Origin: an uncultured Gaiellaceae bacterium
GTDB taxonomy: Bacteria; Actinomycetota; Thermoleophilia; Gaiellales; Gaiellaceae
Assembly: GCA_963763465.1 (NCBI GenBank)
Contig: CAVXOS010000004.1
Span: 33,879-97,878 of the forward strand
Direction of reading: 5' to 3'
Length of the DNA: 64,000 nucleotides
Shown here piece by piece: positions 33,825-44,206 of this stretch. How positions within the stretch are numbered: the stretch's first letter is position 1; every line of letters starts with the position of its first letter. Made by a program: the position numbers and the translations under genes. The notes under the pieces were generated by a model. The model did no database searches. It saw only the letters and a program-made list of their open reading frames with translations, and was not told where the DNA came from.

Positions 33825-34796
33825 GTGGCCGGGACGTCCACCGCGACCCTCGCCGTCGAGCAGCAGCTCGAGGCCTACCGCGTCGAGCTGACGGCGTACT
33901 GCTACCGGATGCTCGGCTCGGTCGACGCCGAGGACGCCGTGCAGGAGACGTTCATCCGCGCGTGGCGCGCGTACGACCGCTTCGAGGGGCGCGCGGCGCT
34001 GCGCTCCTGGCTCTACCGCATCGCGACGAACGTCTGCTTCGACATGCTCGACAGCCGCAAGCGGCGGGCACGGCCGATGGATCTCGGGCCTGCCGGCGCG
34101 CCGGTCGTCGAGAACCTGAGAACGCCCGACCAGCTCTGGATCGAGCCGATGCCCGACAGCCGCGTCGTCGGCGACGGCGATCCGGCGGAGATCACCGATG
34201 CGCGCGAGTCGGTGCGCCTCGCCTTCGTCGCGGCGCTCCAGCACCTGCCGGCGCGACAGCGCGCCGTTCTCATCCTCTGCGAGGTGCTTCGCTGGAAGGC
34301 GAGCGAGGTCGCCGAGCTCCTCGAGACGAGCGTGGCCTCGGTGAACAGCGCCCTCCAGCGCGCTCGCGCGACACTGGAGGCGAGCGACGCGACCCCGTCG
34401 ACGACCGCGCCTTCCGTCGACAGCGCGGACGAGGAGCTCCTCCGGCGCTACGTCGCCGCCTTCGAGCAGTACGACCTGGACGCTCTCACGTCGCTGATCC
34501 ACGAGGACGCGACGCAGTCGATGCCGCCGTTCGACCTCTGGCTCACCGGCCGCGACGACATCTTCACGTGGTGGCTCGGCCCCGGCTCTGGCTGCCGAGG
34601 CTCGCGCGTCATCCCCGCGCAGTCGGCGAACGGCGCTCCGGCGTTCGGCCAGTACAAGCCGCGAGACGACGGGGAAGGCTACGAGCCCTGGGCGCTGCAG
34701 GTGCTCGAGATCCAGGAGGGCAGGATCGTCGAGCTCACCTTCTTCCTCGACGTCGAGACGCTCTTCCCGCGCTTCGGGCTCCCGCTCGAGATCTGA
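33825..34796 (+). CDS. ECF sigma-70 factor with C-terminal SnoaL/NTF2-like extension (ECF41 / SigJ-like)
   Basis: 323-aa ORF. Region 2 (DAEDAVQETFIRAWRAYDRFEGRAALRSWLYRIATNVCFDML), region 4 (LPARQRAVLILCEVLRWKASEVAELLETSVASVNSALQRAR) and a roughly 130-aa NTF2-like tail. Confidence 0.9.
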   Translation: MAGTSTATLAVEQQLEAYRVELTAYCYRMLGSVDAEDAVQETFIRAWRAYDRFEGRAALRSWLYRIATNVCFDMLDSRKRRARPMDLGPAGAPVVENLRTPDQLWIEPMPDSRVVGDGDPAEITDARESVRLAFVAALQHLPARQRAVLILCEVLRWKASEVAELLETSVASVNSALQRARATLEASDATPSTTAPSVDSADEELLRRYVAAFEQYDLDALTSLIHEDATQSMPPFDLWLTGRDDIFTWWLGPGSGCRGSRVIPAQSANGAPAFGQYKPRDDGEGYEPWALQVLEIQEGRIVELTFFLDVETLFPRFGLPLEI

Positions 34797-35109
34797 TCAC
34801 GATTCCGGCAGCACGTTCGAGAGCCCCATGAGCTCGACGAGCTCGAGAAGCGGCTCCGATGCGCCTTGCAGCCGGACGGCGCAGCCGACTCTCATGGCGG
34901 CGAGCTGGAGACGGGCCAGCGCGTCGACCGTCACCGCGTCCGGCGCGGCGCCGGCCACGTCACAGGCGACCTCGCCGGACCAGGCGACCTCGTGCGGCCC
35001 CGATCTGGGCATCGCTCCTTAGACGGGCGAAGTCCCCGAAACTGAGCGGTCCGGCACGCGCGAGCACGATCGAATTGCTAGAACCGAGAGCGAAGCAAGC
35101 GCCGTCCAC
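34797..35109 (-). pseudogene. STAS-domain (anti-sigma-antagonist-like) small protein, apparently frameshifted
   Basis: The C-terminal half is in ORF 34797..35012 (VACDVAGAAPDAVTVDALARLQLAAMRVGCAVRLQGASEPLLELVELMGL). A plausible N-terminal half (SIVLARAGPLSFGDFARL) is in the frame of ORF 34960..35199. The junction is near 34985-35005. Confidence 0.5.
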
Positions 35110-35174
35110 TTCGACCGATGAGATCCGACGCGTAGGCGGGTCGTAACCGCAGCGACCAACCGGGGGGTTCTGGC

Positions 35175-37431
35175 ATGTCCGAGCAACGACTCGCAGCACA
35201 CGAACGACTGTCGACCGGCGGCCTCGCGCGCTGGATGCGCGCCTGCGCGAATCACACGTGGCGCGTCGTCTTCGCGTGGCTCGCGATTCTCGTCGGGCTG
35301 ATACTGCTGGTCTTCACGGTCGGCGGAGGGCTGAAGGACGAGTTCGAGATCCCCGGCTCCGACACGCAGAAGGCGACCGATCTCATCGAATCGCAGTTCG
35401 CCTCCGAGCAGGGCGCTGTCCTCAACCTCGTGTTCGCCGCGCCCGCGGGCGAGCGTCTCGATACTCCCGAGCGCAAGGCCGCGATCGAGGATGCGATCGC
35501 GAAGCTCGAGTCGTCGGAGTTCGCGCCGACGGCCGACAAGGCCGGAATCGAGAGCGTCGGCGATCCCTTCGCCAAGCAGACGTTCTCCAAGGACGGACGC
35601 ATCGCCTACGCAGAGGCTCAGTTCTCGGAGACGATCGAGACCGCGGATCGCCCGCAGGTCGTCGCCGTGCAGGATGCGGTCCGCCAGGCCGTCGATCCGG
35701 CGGGTGTGACCGTCGAGTTCAACGGCGACGCCGAGGTCGCCGCCGATCCAGCAGGGCATCCAGGAGCTGCTCGGGTTCATGGCTGCGTTCATCGTCCTGC
35801 TCTCGTCTTCCGAACCCTGGTCGCAACCGCGATTCCGATCGCGCTCGCCATCGTCGCCGTGGGAACCGCCTTCATCCTCCTCTTCATCCTTGCCGGGCTG
35901 ACCGACATCAACACGATCACGTCCGATCCTCGTGTCGATGATCGGGATCGGCGTCGGGATCGACTACTCGCTCTTCATCGTCACGCGCTTCAGGCAGTAC
36001 CTGCACGAGGGCCTTCCACCGTGTGACGCTGCCGCGGAGGCGGGAGCCTCGGCCGGTCGAGCCGTGCTCTTCGCCGGCCTGACGGTGGCGATCTCGGTGA
36101 CGGGTCTCGCCTTCTTCGGCCTCGACTTCATCACGAAGCTCGGCATCGGCGCTGCTCTCGGCGTGCTGACGACCGTGTTGATCGCGAACTCGCTGCTGAT
36201 CGCCGTGCTCGCCAAGCTCGGACACAAGGTCGACCGCCTGAAGGTTCCGTTCCTGAAGCCGATCGACGACTCCGAGGCAGCGCGCGGGAAGACGCTTCTC
36301 GGACGCTGGGGCAAGTTCGTGACCGCACACGCGAAGCCGGTGTTCTGGATCTTGCTCGCGGTCGGTCTTCTCCTCGCCGGGACGTCGGCACTCGTGCGAC
36401 TCGGAGCGTCGGATCAGGGAACGCAGCCGACCAATCAGACCGCCCGTCGCGCGTATGACCTCCTAGCCGAGGGGTTCGGCCCGGGCTTCAACGGCCCGAT
36501 CCCGATCGTCGTCGACGTCAACAGCGACCAGGGCGCTCCCCAGCGGGTCTACGACGGTGTGCGCGGGCTCGCGGGTGTTGCCTCTGCAGGAGAACCGCAG
36601 TTCAACGACGCAAAGACCGTCGCCATCGTGTTCGTCACGCCCGACTCGGCGCCGCAGGACGAGGCGACCGGCAAGCTCGTCGACCGCCTTCGAAACGATG
36701 TCGTTCCGGAGGCGACGAAGGGTGGTGATGCGGCTGTCTACGTCGCGGGCCTGAACGCCGCGTTCAAGGACATCGCCGACAGGATCATGCAGCGACTGCC
36801 GCTCTTCCTGCTCTACATCGTCGGCGTGACGTTCATCGTCCTGGCGATGGCATTCCGCTCGATCGTGATCTCGTTGACGGCTGCCGTCACCACGATTCTG
36901 TCCGCGTTCATCGGGTTCGGTGTCCTGACGCTCGTCATCCAGGAGGGCCATCTTCTCGGCCTCACGGGCCTCGACCGGACGGGGCCGATCGAAACGTTCG
37001 TGCCGCCGATCGCGTTCGCGATCCTCTTCGGGCTGTCGATGGACTACATGGTGTTCCTCACGAGTCGTATCCGTGAGGAGCACGTCAACGGCCTGAACAC
37101 AAGGGACGCCGTCGAGCACGGCATCGCCGCGATCGGTCGTGTCATCGTCGCCGCGGCGATCATCATGGCCACGGTCTTCTCGGCCTTCATCGTCACGCCG
37201 GACCGCATCTCCAAGGAGTTCGGTCTGTTGCTCGCAGTCGCGATCCTGACCGACGCGATCGTGGTGAAGCTGACGCTCGTCCCGGCGTTCCTGACGCTCA
37301 TGGGCGAGAAGTCCTGGTACATCCCGCGCTGGCTCGACCGGATCCTCCCGAACATCACGATCGAGCCGCCCCACGACGGCGAAGAGCACGCTCCCGGCCG
37401 GCTGCCGGAGCCGAGCGAGGCGACGTCGTAG
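35175..37431 (+). pseudogene. MMPL family RND-type transporter, interrupted by at least 3 frameshifts
   Basis: ORFs 35175..36026 and 35932..37431 together encode a full MMPL protein. The conserved segments PPIQQGIQELLGFMAAFIVLL and PILVSMIGIGVGIDYSLFIVTRFRQ are only readable after frame changes near 35739, 35803 and 35922. Confidence 0.85.
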
Positions 37432-37497
37432 AGCGATGACTTCCGCGGTCGTCGGAGGTCTGAGCAGGAGACACCGACGACCGCGAAAGGACGCCGC

Positions 37498-38947
37498 ATG
37501 AATCTCGACTCGCGAACCCGCTGGCTGGCACTCCTGATCGTCTGCCTGGGCGATCTCATGATCGTCCTCGACGTCACGATCGTCGGGGTCGCGCTGCCGT
37601 CGATCCGCGAGGACCTCGGGTTCTCGGAGACCTCGCTGGCGTGGGTCGTGAACGCGTACCTGCTCACGTTCGGCGGGTTCCTGCTGCTCGGCGGCCGGCT
37701 CGGCGACCTGTTCGGGCACCGCCGCCTCTTCATCGCCGGGATCGCGCTCTTCACCGTGGCCTCGCTCGCCTGCGGTCTCGCAAGCTCGCAGGCTGCCCTG
37801 ATCGGCGCGCGCGCCGTGCAGGGAGTCGGCGGCGCGGTCGTCTCGGCCGTCGCGCTCTCGCTGATCGTGACGCTCTTCACCGAGCCGGCCGAGCGCGCGA
37901 AGGCGATGGGCGTCTTCGGGTTCGTGGCTGCAGGCGGCGGCTCGATCGGTGTCCTGCTGGGCGGCGTCATCACGGACGCGCTCGCCTGGAACTGGATCTT
38001 CCTCGTCAACGTCCCGATCGGCATCGCGGTCGTCGCGTTCTCGCTCATGGTGCTTCCCGGCGGAAGCGGGGTCGGACCGCGTGTGCGGCTCGACGTCGCC
38101 GGTGCCGTGACGGTGACGGCGTCGCTGATGGTCGCCGTCTACGCGATCGTCAACGGGAACGAGGTCGGCTGGGCGACGACGCGGACGCTCGGGCTGCTCG
38201 CCGTCGCGGGAGCGCTGCTGGGGCTGTTCCTCGTCGTCGAGTCGCGCGTCGAGGCGCCGCTCGTGCCGCTCGGGCTCTTCCGGCTGCGCAACCTCGCCGT
38301 CTCGAACGTCGTCGGCGTGCTCTGGGCGGCAGCCATGTTCGCGTGGTTCTTCCTCTCTGCGCTCTATCTCCAGCTCGTGCTCGGCTACAGCCCGCTCGAG
38401 GTCGGCCTCGCCTTCCTGCCGGGGAACCTCATCATGGCCGTCTTCTCGCTCGGTCTCTCGGCGAGGCTCGTGATGCGCTTCGGCATCCGCGCGCCGCTCG
38501 GCGTCGGCCTCGGGCTCGCGGCTCTCGGCCTCTTGCTGTTCGCGCGCGCGCCGGTCGACGGATCCCTGATCGACGTGCTTCCGAGCATGATCCTGCTCGG
38601 CATCGGCGCGGGGATGGCGTTCAATCCGCTGCTGCTCGCGGCGATGGGCGACGTCCCGCAGGAGGAGGCGGGCCTCGCGTCGGGCGTCGTCAACACGGCG
38701 TTCATGATGGGCGGCGCGCTCGGCCTCGCCGTCCTCGCGAGCCTCGCCGCATCACGAACCGAGACGCTGACGAACGACGGGAGCGACGAGCTCGCCGCGC
38801 TGGCCGGCGGGTATCACGCCGCATTTCTCGTCGGCGCGATCTTCGCCGCGAGCTGCGGCGGCGCTCGGGGCACTCATGCTCCGGCCCGCCGGGGCCACCG
38901 CGATGCAGGCGGAGCACGCCGACGCGTCGCTCGCAGACCCCGCGTGA
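37498..38947 (+). pseudogene. MFS transporter, DHA2 (EmrB/QacA, 14-TMS) family, with a frameshift near the 3' end
   Basis: ORF 37498..39522. LGDLMIVLDVTIVGVALPSI and GRLGDLFGHRR motifs. After about 38851 the annotated frame becomes Arg-rich read-through. The +2 frame gives AAAALGALMLRPAGATAMQAEHADASLADPA and a stop at 38945-38947. Confidence 0.8.
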
Positions 38948-38955
38948 GCGCGCGC

Positions 38956-39474
38956 CTACGGGACGTACTGCTGGTCGATCGCGCAGACAGTGTCGACGTC
39001 GACGCGGATCCACACGCCCGTGTCGAGCGGCTCGAACAGCTCGATCGGCTTCTCTCCGTCGACGAGCTGCGCGAGCTCGGCCACCGTGATCGGCGTTGCG
39101 CCGAAGCTCGCCGGATCGCCCTCCCTGGTCAGAACGGTGACGGGGGTGTCCGCGGGCACGAGGTAGGTCAGGAGCCGGTGACCCTCTTCGATTCGGTAGT
39201 TGTCGTTGGGGACTGGCTGCCCCGGCTCGACGACGCCGTCCTCGGCAGCGGCGACGTTCGCCGTCTCGCCGCTCGTGAACCACGCCGGATCGAAGCGCAT
39301 CCGATACCCGTCGCCCTCGGCCGTCAGCGTGGCGATGTGGCCGAAGGACCGGTCGCCGCAGGCAACCGCATCGGTCACGTCTTCGTCGTCGGTGAAGTAC
39401 AGGCCGGCGAAGACACCGGCGGCCACCGCAGCGGCGGCGGCGACGACCGAGACGACGATGAGTGCGATTTTCAC
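38956..39474 (-). CDS. hypothetical membrane-anchored protein
   Basis: ORF 38956..39543. I prefer GTG at 39474 because the ATG at 39543 would overlap the divergent VOC gene start. One N-terminal TM segment (IALIVVSVVAAAAAVAAGVFAGL) and an acidic extracytoplasmic domain. Confidence 0.5.
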   Translation of the reverse strand: MKIALIVVSVVAAAAAVAAGVFAGLYFTDDEDVTDAVACGDRSFGHIATLTAEGDGYRMRFDPAWFTSGETANVAAAEDGVVEPGQPVPNDNYRIEEGHRLLTYLVPADTPVTVLTREGDPASFGATPITVAELAQLVDGEKPIELFEPLDTGVWIRVDVDTVCAIDQQYVP

Positions 39475-39532
39475 GATCTCTCGTGTTCGATGGTACGCCT
39501 CTTTCGCCTGCCTCCTCGCTGAAAGGACTGAG

Positions 39533-39955
39533 ATGGACTTCAAGCTCGAACTCGTGCTCGTCCCGGTCTCGGACGTGGATCGGGCGAAGGCGTTCTATAC
39601 GGAGAAGGCCGGCTTCGCCCTCGACGTCGATCACGCACCGAACGACGAGTTCCGCGTCGTGCAGATGACACCGCCGGGATCGGCGTGCTCGATCACCATC
39701 GGGAAGGGCATCACGAGTGCCGAGCCGGGCTCGTACCGCGGAACGCATCTCGTCGTCACCGACATCGAGGCCGCGCGTGGCGCTCTCACGGAGCGCGGTC
39801 TCGAGGTGAGCGACATTCGCCACATGTCTGCGAACGGATGGGTGGACGGGGTCGACCCCGAGCACGCGGACTACGCGTCGTTCGCCGACTTCGCCGATCC
39901 GGACGGCAACACGTGGGTGCTCCAGGAGGTGCGGACGGTCAAGAAGCAGACGTAG
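39533..39955 (+). CDS. VOC family protein (glyoxalase/bleomycin-resistance fold)
   Basis: ATG at 39533 with AAAGGA RBS in ORF 39200..39955. LELVLVPVSDVDRAKAFYTEKAGF and DPDGNTWVLQE are typical VOC ends. Confidence 0.85.
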   Translation: MDFKLELVLVPVSDVDRAKAFYTEKAGFALDVDHAPNDEFRVVQMTPPGSACSITIGKGITSAEPGSYRGTHLVVTDIEAARGALTERGLEVSDIRHMSANGWVDGVDPEHADYASFADFADPDGNTWVLQEVRTVKKQT

Positions 39956-41153
39956 GTGGGGTGGGGTCCGGAAGGAGCGGCATCGAGATCCCGGGATCGC
40001 GGCCGACCAGCACCGCTCGCGTGACGGCCGCCGAGCCGAAGCGATCGCGAGCCTCGTCGAGCGCCGCGTCGAGCGCATCGGGCCGCCAGTCCTCGGTGAG
40101 CGTGAGCTGGATGCGGTCGGCGTCCTCGAGGTTCGTGAGCGAGATGCCCACCAGCGTGAGCCCCTGGCTCCGGATCAGCGGCGCAGCGCTCGCGAGGAGG
40201 CTGCGCGCGGCGCTGAGAATCGCATGTGAGTGATCGGTCGATCGAGGCATGGTGAGCGAGCGCGTCGCGCGCGAGAAGTCGTCGAAACGAAGCCGCAGAA
40301 CGACGGTCCGACAGCGTCGGCGGCCGGCTCGCAGCCGACGCGCGACCCGGTCGACGATGGCGATGACCGACGAGTCGATCTCCTCGAACGACCTCCGCCG
40401 CCGGCCGAGCGCTCGTTGCGAGCCGATGGACCGTCGTCGCCGGCCGGTCCGGACGCGTCTGGGGTCGCGGTTGTGCGCAAGCGCATGGAGATGCCGGCCG
40501 GATGCTCGTCCGAGCATGTGCACAAGCAGTGCTTCGTCGAGCGCGGCGACCTGGCCCACCGTCCTGACCCCGCGGTTGTGGAGCTTCGCCGCCGTCACCG
40601 GCCCGACGCCCCAGAGGCGCTCCACGGGGAGCGGATGGAGGAAGCCGAGCTCGTCGTCGGGCGGCACGACGAGGAGCCCGTCCGGCTTCGCCACGGCGCT
40701 CGCGACCTTGGCGAGGAACTTCGTGCGTGCGATCCCGACCGTGATCGGCAGTCCGACCTCGTCGAGCACGCGAGCCCGCAGCCTGGCCGCGATCGCCTCC
40801 GGTGGCCCCGCAAGCCGCTCGAGCCCGCGCACGTCGAGGAACGCCTCGTCGATCGAGAGCCCCTCGACGAGCGGTGTCGTGTCCTCGAACACCGCGAACA
40901 CGGCCTTGCTCGCCTCGGAGTAGGCCGACATGCGCGGTGGCACGACGACCGCGTGTGGACAGAGCTGCCGCGCGCGCCGCCCGCCCATGGCCGTTCGGAC
41001 GCCGTACGCCTTCGCCTCGTAGCTGGCGGCCAGCACGACTCCGCCCCCGACGATCACGGGCCGCCCGCGCAGGCGCGCATCGTCGCGCTGCTCCACCGAG
41101 GCGAAGAAGGCGTCGAGGTCGGCGTGGAGGATCGTCGCGGCGCCCACGAACAT
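39939..41153 (-). CDS. dinB: DNA polymerase IV (Y-family)
   Basis: ATG at 41153 in ORF 39939..41417. ILHADLDAFFASVEQRDD, SIDEAFLDV and GIARTKFLAKVAS are the DinB signature. Confidence 0.9.
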   Translation of the reverse strand: MFVGAATILHADLDAFFASVEQRDDARLRGRPVIVGGGVVLAASYEAKAYGVRTAMGGRRARQLCPHAVVVPPRMSAYSEASKAVFAVFEDTTPLVEGLSIDEAFLDVRGLERLAGPPEAIAARLRARVLDEVGLPITVGIARTKFLAKVASAVAKPDGLLVVPPDDELGFLHPLPVERLWGVGPVTAAKLHNRGVRTVGQVAALDEALLVHMLGRASGRHLHALAHNRDPRRVRTGRRRRSIGSQRALGRRRRSFEEIDSSVIAIVDRVARRLRAGRRRCRTVVLRLRFDDFSRATRSLTMPRSTDHSHAILSAARSLLASAAPLIRSQGLTLVGISLTNLEDADRIQLTLTEDWRPDALDAALDEARDRFGSAAVTRAVLVGRDPGISMPLLPDPTPPTSAS

Positions 41154-41193
41154 ATGTTCGCACAGCGCCGGCGGCGGACGGCTAGGTTGCACT

Positions 41194-42198
41194 GTGGACC
41201 GGAAAGCAGAGCGCGCGCTCGACGCGGTCATCGCGGAAGCGCGCTTCTCCGGCGTCGTCCGGGTCGATGGCGGCGGCGATGTCGACCTCGCGAAGGCGTA
41301 CGGCCTCGCGCACCGCGGCCACGAGATCCCGAACGAGGTCGACACGCAGTTCGCGGTCGCGAGCGGGCTGAAGGGATTGACGGCGCTCGCGGTGGTGAGC
41401 CTCATCGAGGACGGCACGCTCGAGCTCGCGCACGACCGCGCGCTCGGTCCTCGGGGAGGTCTTGCCGCTGATCGCGGATGACGTCACGTCGAGCACCTGC
41501 TCGCGCATCGCTCGGGGATCGGGGACTACCTCGACGAGGACGCCGGGGGTGAGATCACCGACTACGTCATGCCGGTGCCCGTGCACCGGCTCGAGGCTCC
41601 GGAGGACTACGTCCCGATCCTCGAGGGCCATCCCACGAAGTTCGCGGCCGGGGAGAGCTTCTCGTATTGCAACGGCGGCTTCGTCGTGCTCGCCGTGCTC
41701 GCCGAGCGGGCGAGCGGGATTCCCTACCACGAGCTCGTGACTCGGCGCGTCTGCGAGCCGGCCGGGATGCGTGACACCGCCTTCCTCCGCTCCGACGAGC
41801 TGCCGGGACGTGCAGCGACCGGGTACCTCTTCGCAGACGGCCTGCGCACGAACGCGCTCCACCTGCCCGTACGAGGCGTGGGCGACGGCGGGATCTACAC
41901 GACGGCGGCTGACGTCCGGGCACTGTGGACAGCGTTCGTCGCCGGACGGATCGTCTCGCCCGACTGGGTCTCCGAGATGACCAGGCCGCGGAGCGACGTC
42001 AACGAGGGCTTCCGGTACGGCCTGGGCTTCTGGCTACGCGCGTCGACGGAGACGGTGGTGCTCGAGGGCTACGACGCAGGCGTCTCGTTCCGCTCGCTGC
42101 ACGACCCCGGCGCCGATCTGACCTGCACGGTCATCTCGAACTGGAGCGACGGCGCCTGGCCCGTCGTCGCCCATCTCCAGGAAGCCCTCGCGCTCTGA
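41194..42198 (+). pseudogene. serine hydrolase (beta-lactamase family), disrupted by two compensating frameshifts creating an in-frame TGA
   Basis: ORFs 41194..41481 and 41569..42198 are in the same frame, separated by TGA at 41479. The conserved segment RSVLGEVLPLIADDVT is only readable in the +1 frame between about 41441 and 41488. FAVASGLKGLTALAV holds the S-x-x-K-like region. Confidence 0.75.
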
Positions 42199-42199
42199 G

Positions 42200-42955
42200 C
42201 TAGACACGTGCGCGCGTGGCCCAGGCCCGGGCCGAGAGCACGAACGGCGCCGGGAGCCGCTCCTCGCAGAGCGCGCGGAGGCGCTCGCGCGCGTCGTCGT
42301 CGAGGCCTGCGACGTAGTCACCGGCAGGGCCGACGCCGAGGGTGTAGGGCTCCCACCAGTCCTCGAAGGTCGGGTGCTGGACCTCGACCGAGAGAACGGC
42401 CTCCTCGGTCGCGTGCAGTCCGGCTGCGTGGAAGATCCGCGTGAGGTCGCCCTCCGTCGTGCCGGCGAGCTCCGACTCGTCACCGGCCGTCGGATCGAGC
42501 TCGCGAACGATCTTCCAGAACGGCCCGAGCGGTCCGCTCTGCGCACCGAAGTCCCAGACGCACGCCGCGACGACCCCGCCTCCACGCGCAACGCGGGACA
42601 TCTCGCGGAGCCCCGCGACCGGATCGTCCATGAAGTGGACGACGAGCTGCGCGAGAATCGCATCGAAGCTCTCGTCCGGAAACGGGAGCTCCTCGGCCTT
42701 CGCCTGCTGCACCGTGATCTCCGGCTGGCGCTCGCGGAGCACCTCGACGAACGGCTCGGAGGGGTCGACCGCGGCGACGCCGGACGGGCCGACGCGGCTC
42801 ACGAGCTCGGCCGTGAGCGCGCCGGGGCCGCAGCCGACGTCGAGCACGTGCTGGCCGCTCACCACGCCCGCGAAGTCCGCGAAGGGTTTCGCGAGAGGGT
42901 TCGAGTACCTGCCCATGAACCGGTCGTAGGCGTCCCCGGCGACGGCGAAGCTCAT
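42200..42955 (-). CDS. class I SAM-dependent methyltransferase
   Basis: 251-aa ORF with SAM motif I VLDVGCGPGALT and FDAILAQLVVHFMDDP. Confidence 0.85.
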   Translation of the reverse strand: MSFAVAGDAYDRFMGRYSNPLAKPFADFAGVVSGQHVLDVGCGPGALTAELVSRVGPSGVAAVDPSEPFVEVLRERQPEITVQQAKAEELPFPDESFDAILAQLVVHFMDDPVAGLREMSRVARGGGVVAACVWDFGAQSGPLGPFWKIVRELDPTAGDESELAGTTEGDLTRIFHAAGLHATEEAVLSVEVQHPTFEDWWEPYTLGVGPAGDYVAGLDDDARERLRALCEERLPAPFVLSARAWATRARV

Positions 42956-42984
42956 GGGCTGAATCTACGCTTCGGAGCTCGCCG

Positions 42985-44076
42985 ATGCCTCATCCCGACC
43001 AGCCAGCGCGCCTCGTCCGCCTTCGTGCGCTGCTGGTGGCGCTCGGTCTCGGGCTCCTCCTCGCGCTGCAGCCCGGAGACACGGCACGCGGCGCGGCTGA
43101 CCTGCTCACGCTCGAACAGCAGGTCGGCCAGCTCGTCATCCTGAGCTTCACCGGCACGACCGTTCCTGCGTATGTCCGAGCTGCGCTCGAGGAGCGCCGG
43201 ACGGCCGGCGTGATCCTCTTCGGCAAGAACATCGTGGATCCGGCACAGCTCCGCGCGCTCACCTCGTCGCTGCGCCGCGCCGGCGGGCGGCCGATCGTCG
43301 CCGTCGATCAGGAGGGCGGCCTCGTCCGGCGGGTGCCGTGGGTCGGGCCGTCACGGTCCGCGCCCGAGCAGGTCGCGGCCGGATCGGTCCGTGCGGACGC
43401 GGAGGCCGCGGCTCGCGGGTTGCACACGCTCGGGATCACCACCAGCCTCGGTCCGGTCGCCGACGTTCCGAGCGTGCGCGGCGCGGCGATCTCCTCGCGT
43501 GCATTCGCGCGGGATCCGCGTGTCGTGAGCGAGGCAGTGCGCGCGTCGGTTCGGGGGTGGCGCGCGGGTGGCGTCGCGGCGGCGGCCAAGCACTTTCCGG
43601 GCATCGGCGCCGCGCCCGCCACGACGGACGACGCGGCCGTGACGATCAGACGCTCGCGCGCTGCGCTGGAAGACGTCGATCTCCCCCCGTTCGCGTCAGC
43701 GATCGCGGCGGGAGCCCCGCTCGTGATGGTCGGGCACGCGCGCTACCCGGCGCTCGACCGTGCACGCATCGCATCGCAGTCGCGCCCGATCATCGAGGGG
43801 CTGCTCCGTGGGGAGCTCGGCTTTCGGGGTGTCGTCGTGACCGACTCGCTCGAGGCGCGGGCGTCGCTCGCCACGGGTTCGATCACCACCGTCTCCGAGC
43901 GTGCGATTCGCGCCGGCGCAGATCTGGTGCTTCTCACCGGGCGCGGCTCGTACACGCCGGTGTATCGGCACTTGCTCGCCGTCGCGCGTCGCGACGTGGC
44001 GTTCCGCGCACGTGTCGAGGAGTCGGCCGCGCGCGTCCGGGCGCTGAAGGCGAGAGGGCCGGCGCCGCCGCGCTGA
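42985..44076 (+). CDS. glycoside hydrolase family 3 N-terminal domain protein (beta-N-acetylhexosaminidase, NagZ-like), secreted
   Basis: 363-aa ORF with a signal peptide. [19 protein letters not shown] and GVVVTDSL are GH3 motifs. Confidence 0.85.
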   Translation: MPHPDQPARLVRLRALLVALGLGLLLALQPGDTARGAADLLTLEQQVGQLVILSFTGTTVPAYVRAALEERRTAGVILFGKNIVDPAQLRALTSSLRRAGGRPIVAVDQEGGLVRRVPWVGPSRSAPEQVAAGSVRADAEAAARGLHTLGITTSLGPVADVPSVRGAAISSRAFARDPRVVSEAVRASVRGWRAGGVAAAAKHFPGIGAAPATTDDAAVTIRRSRAALEDVDLPPFASAIAAGAPLVMVGHARYPALDRARIASQSRPIIEGLLRGELGFRGVVVTDSLEARASLATGSITTVSERAIRAGADLVLLTGRGSYTPVYRHLLAVARRDVAFRARVEESAARVRALKARGPAPPR

Positions 44077-44206
44077 GCGTCCGGGCGGGGTGATTCGCAA
44101 CAAGAGTGCGTCGAACGAGCGTCGATTCGCAAAAGGACAGTGTTCACCGCCGCCGCGAGCCGGTACCAGAGGGGTGGTCATATCCCTCTCGGAAACGGAG
44201 CAGCCC

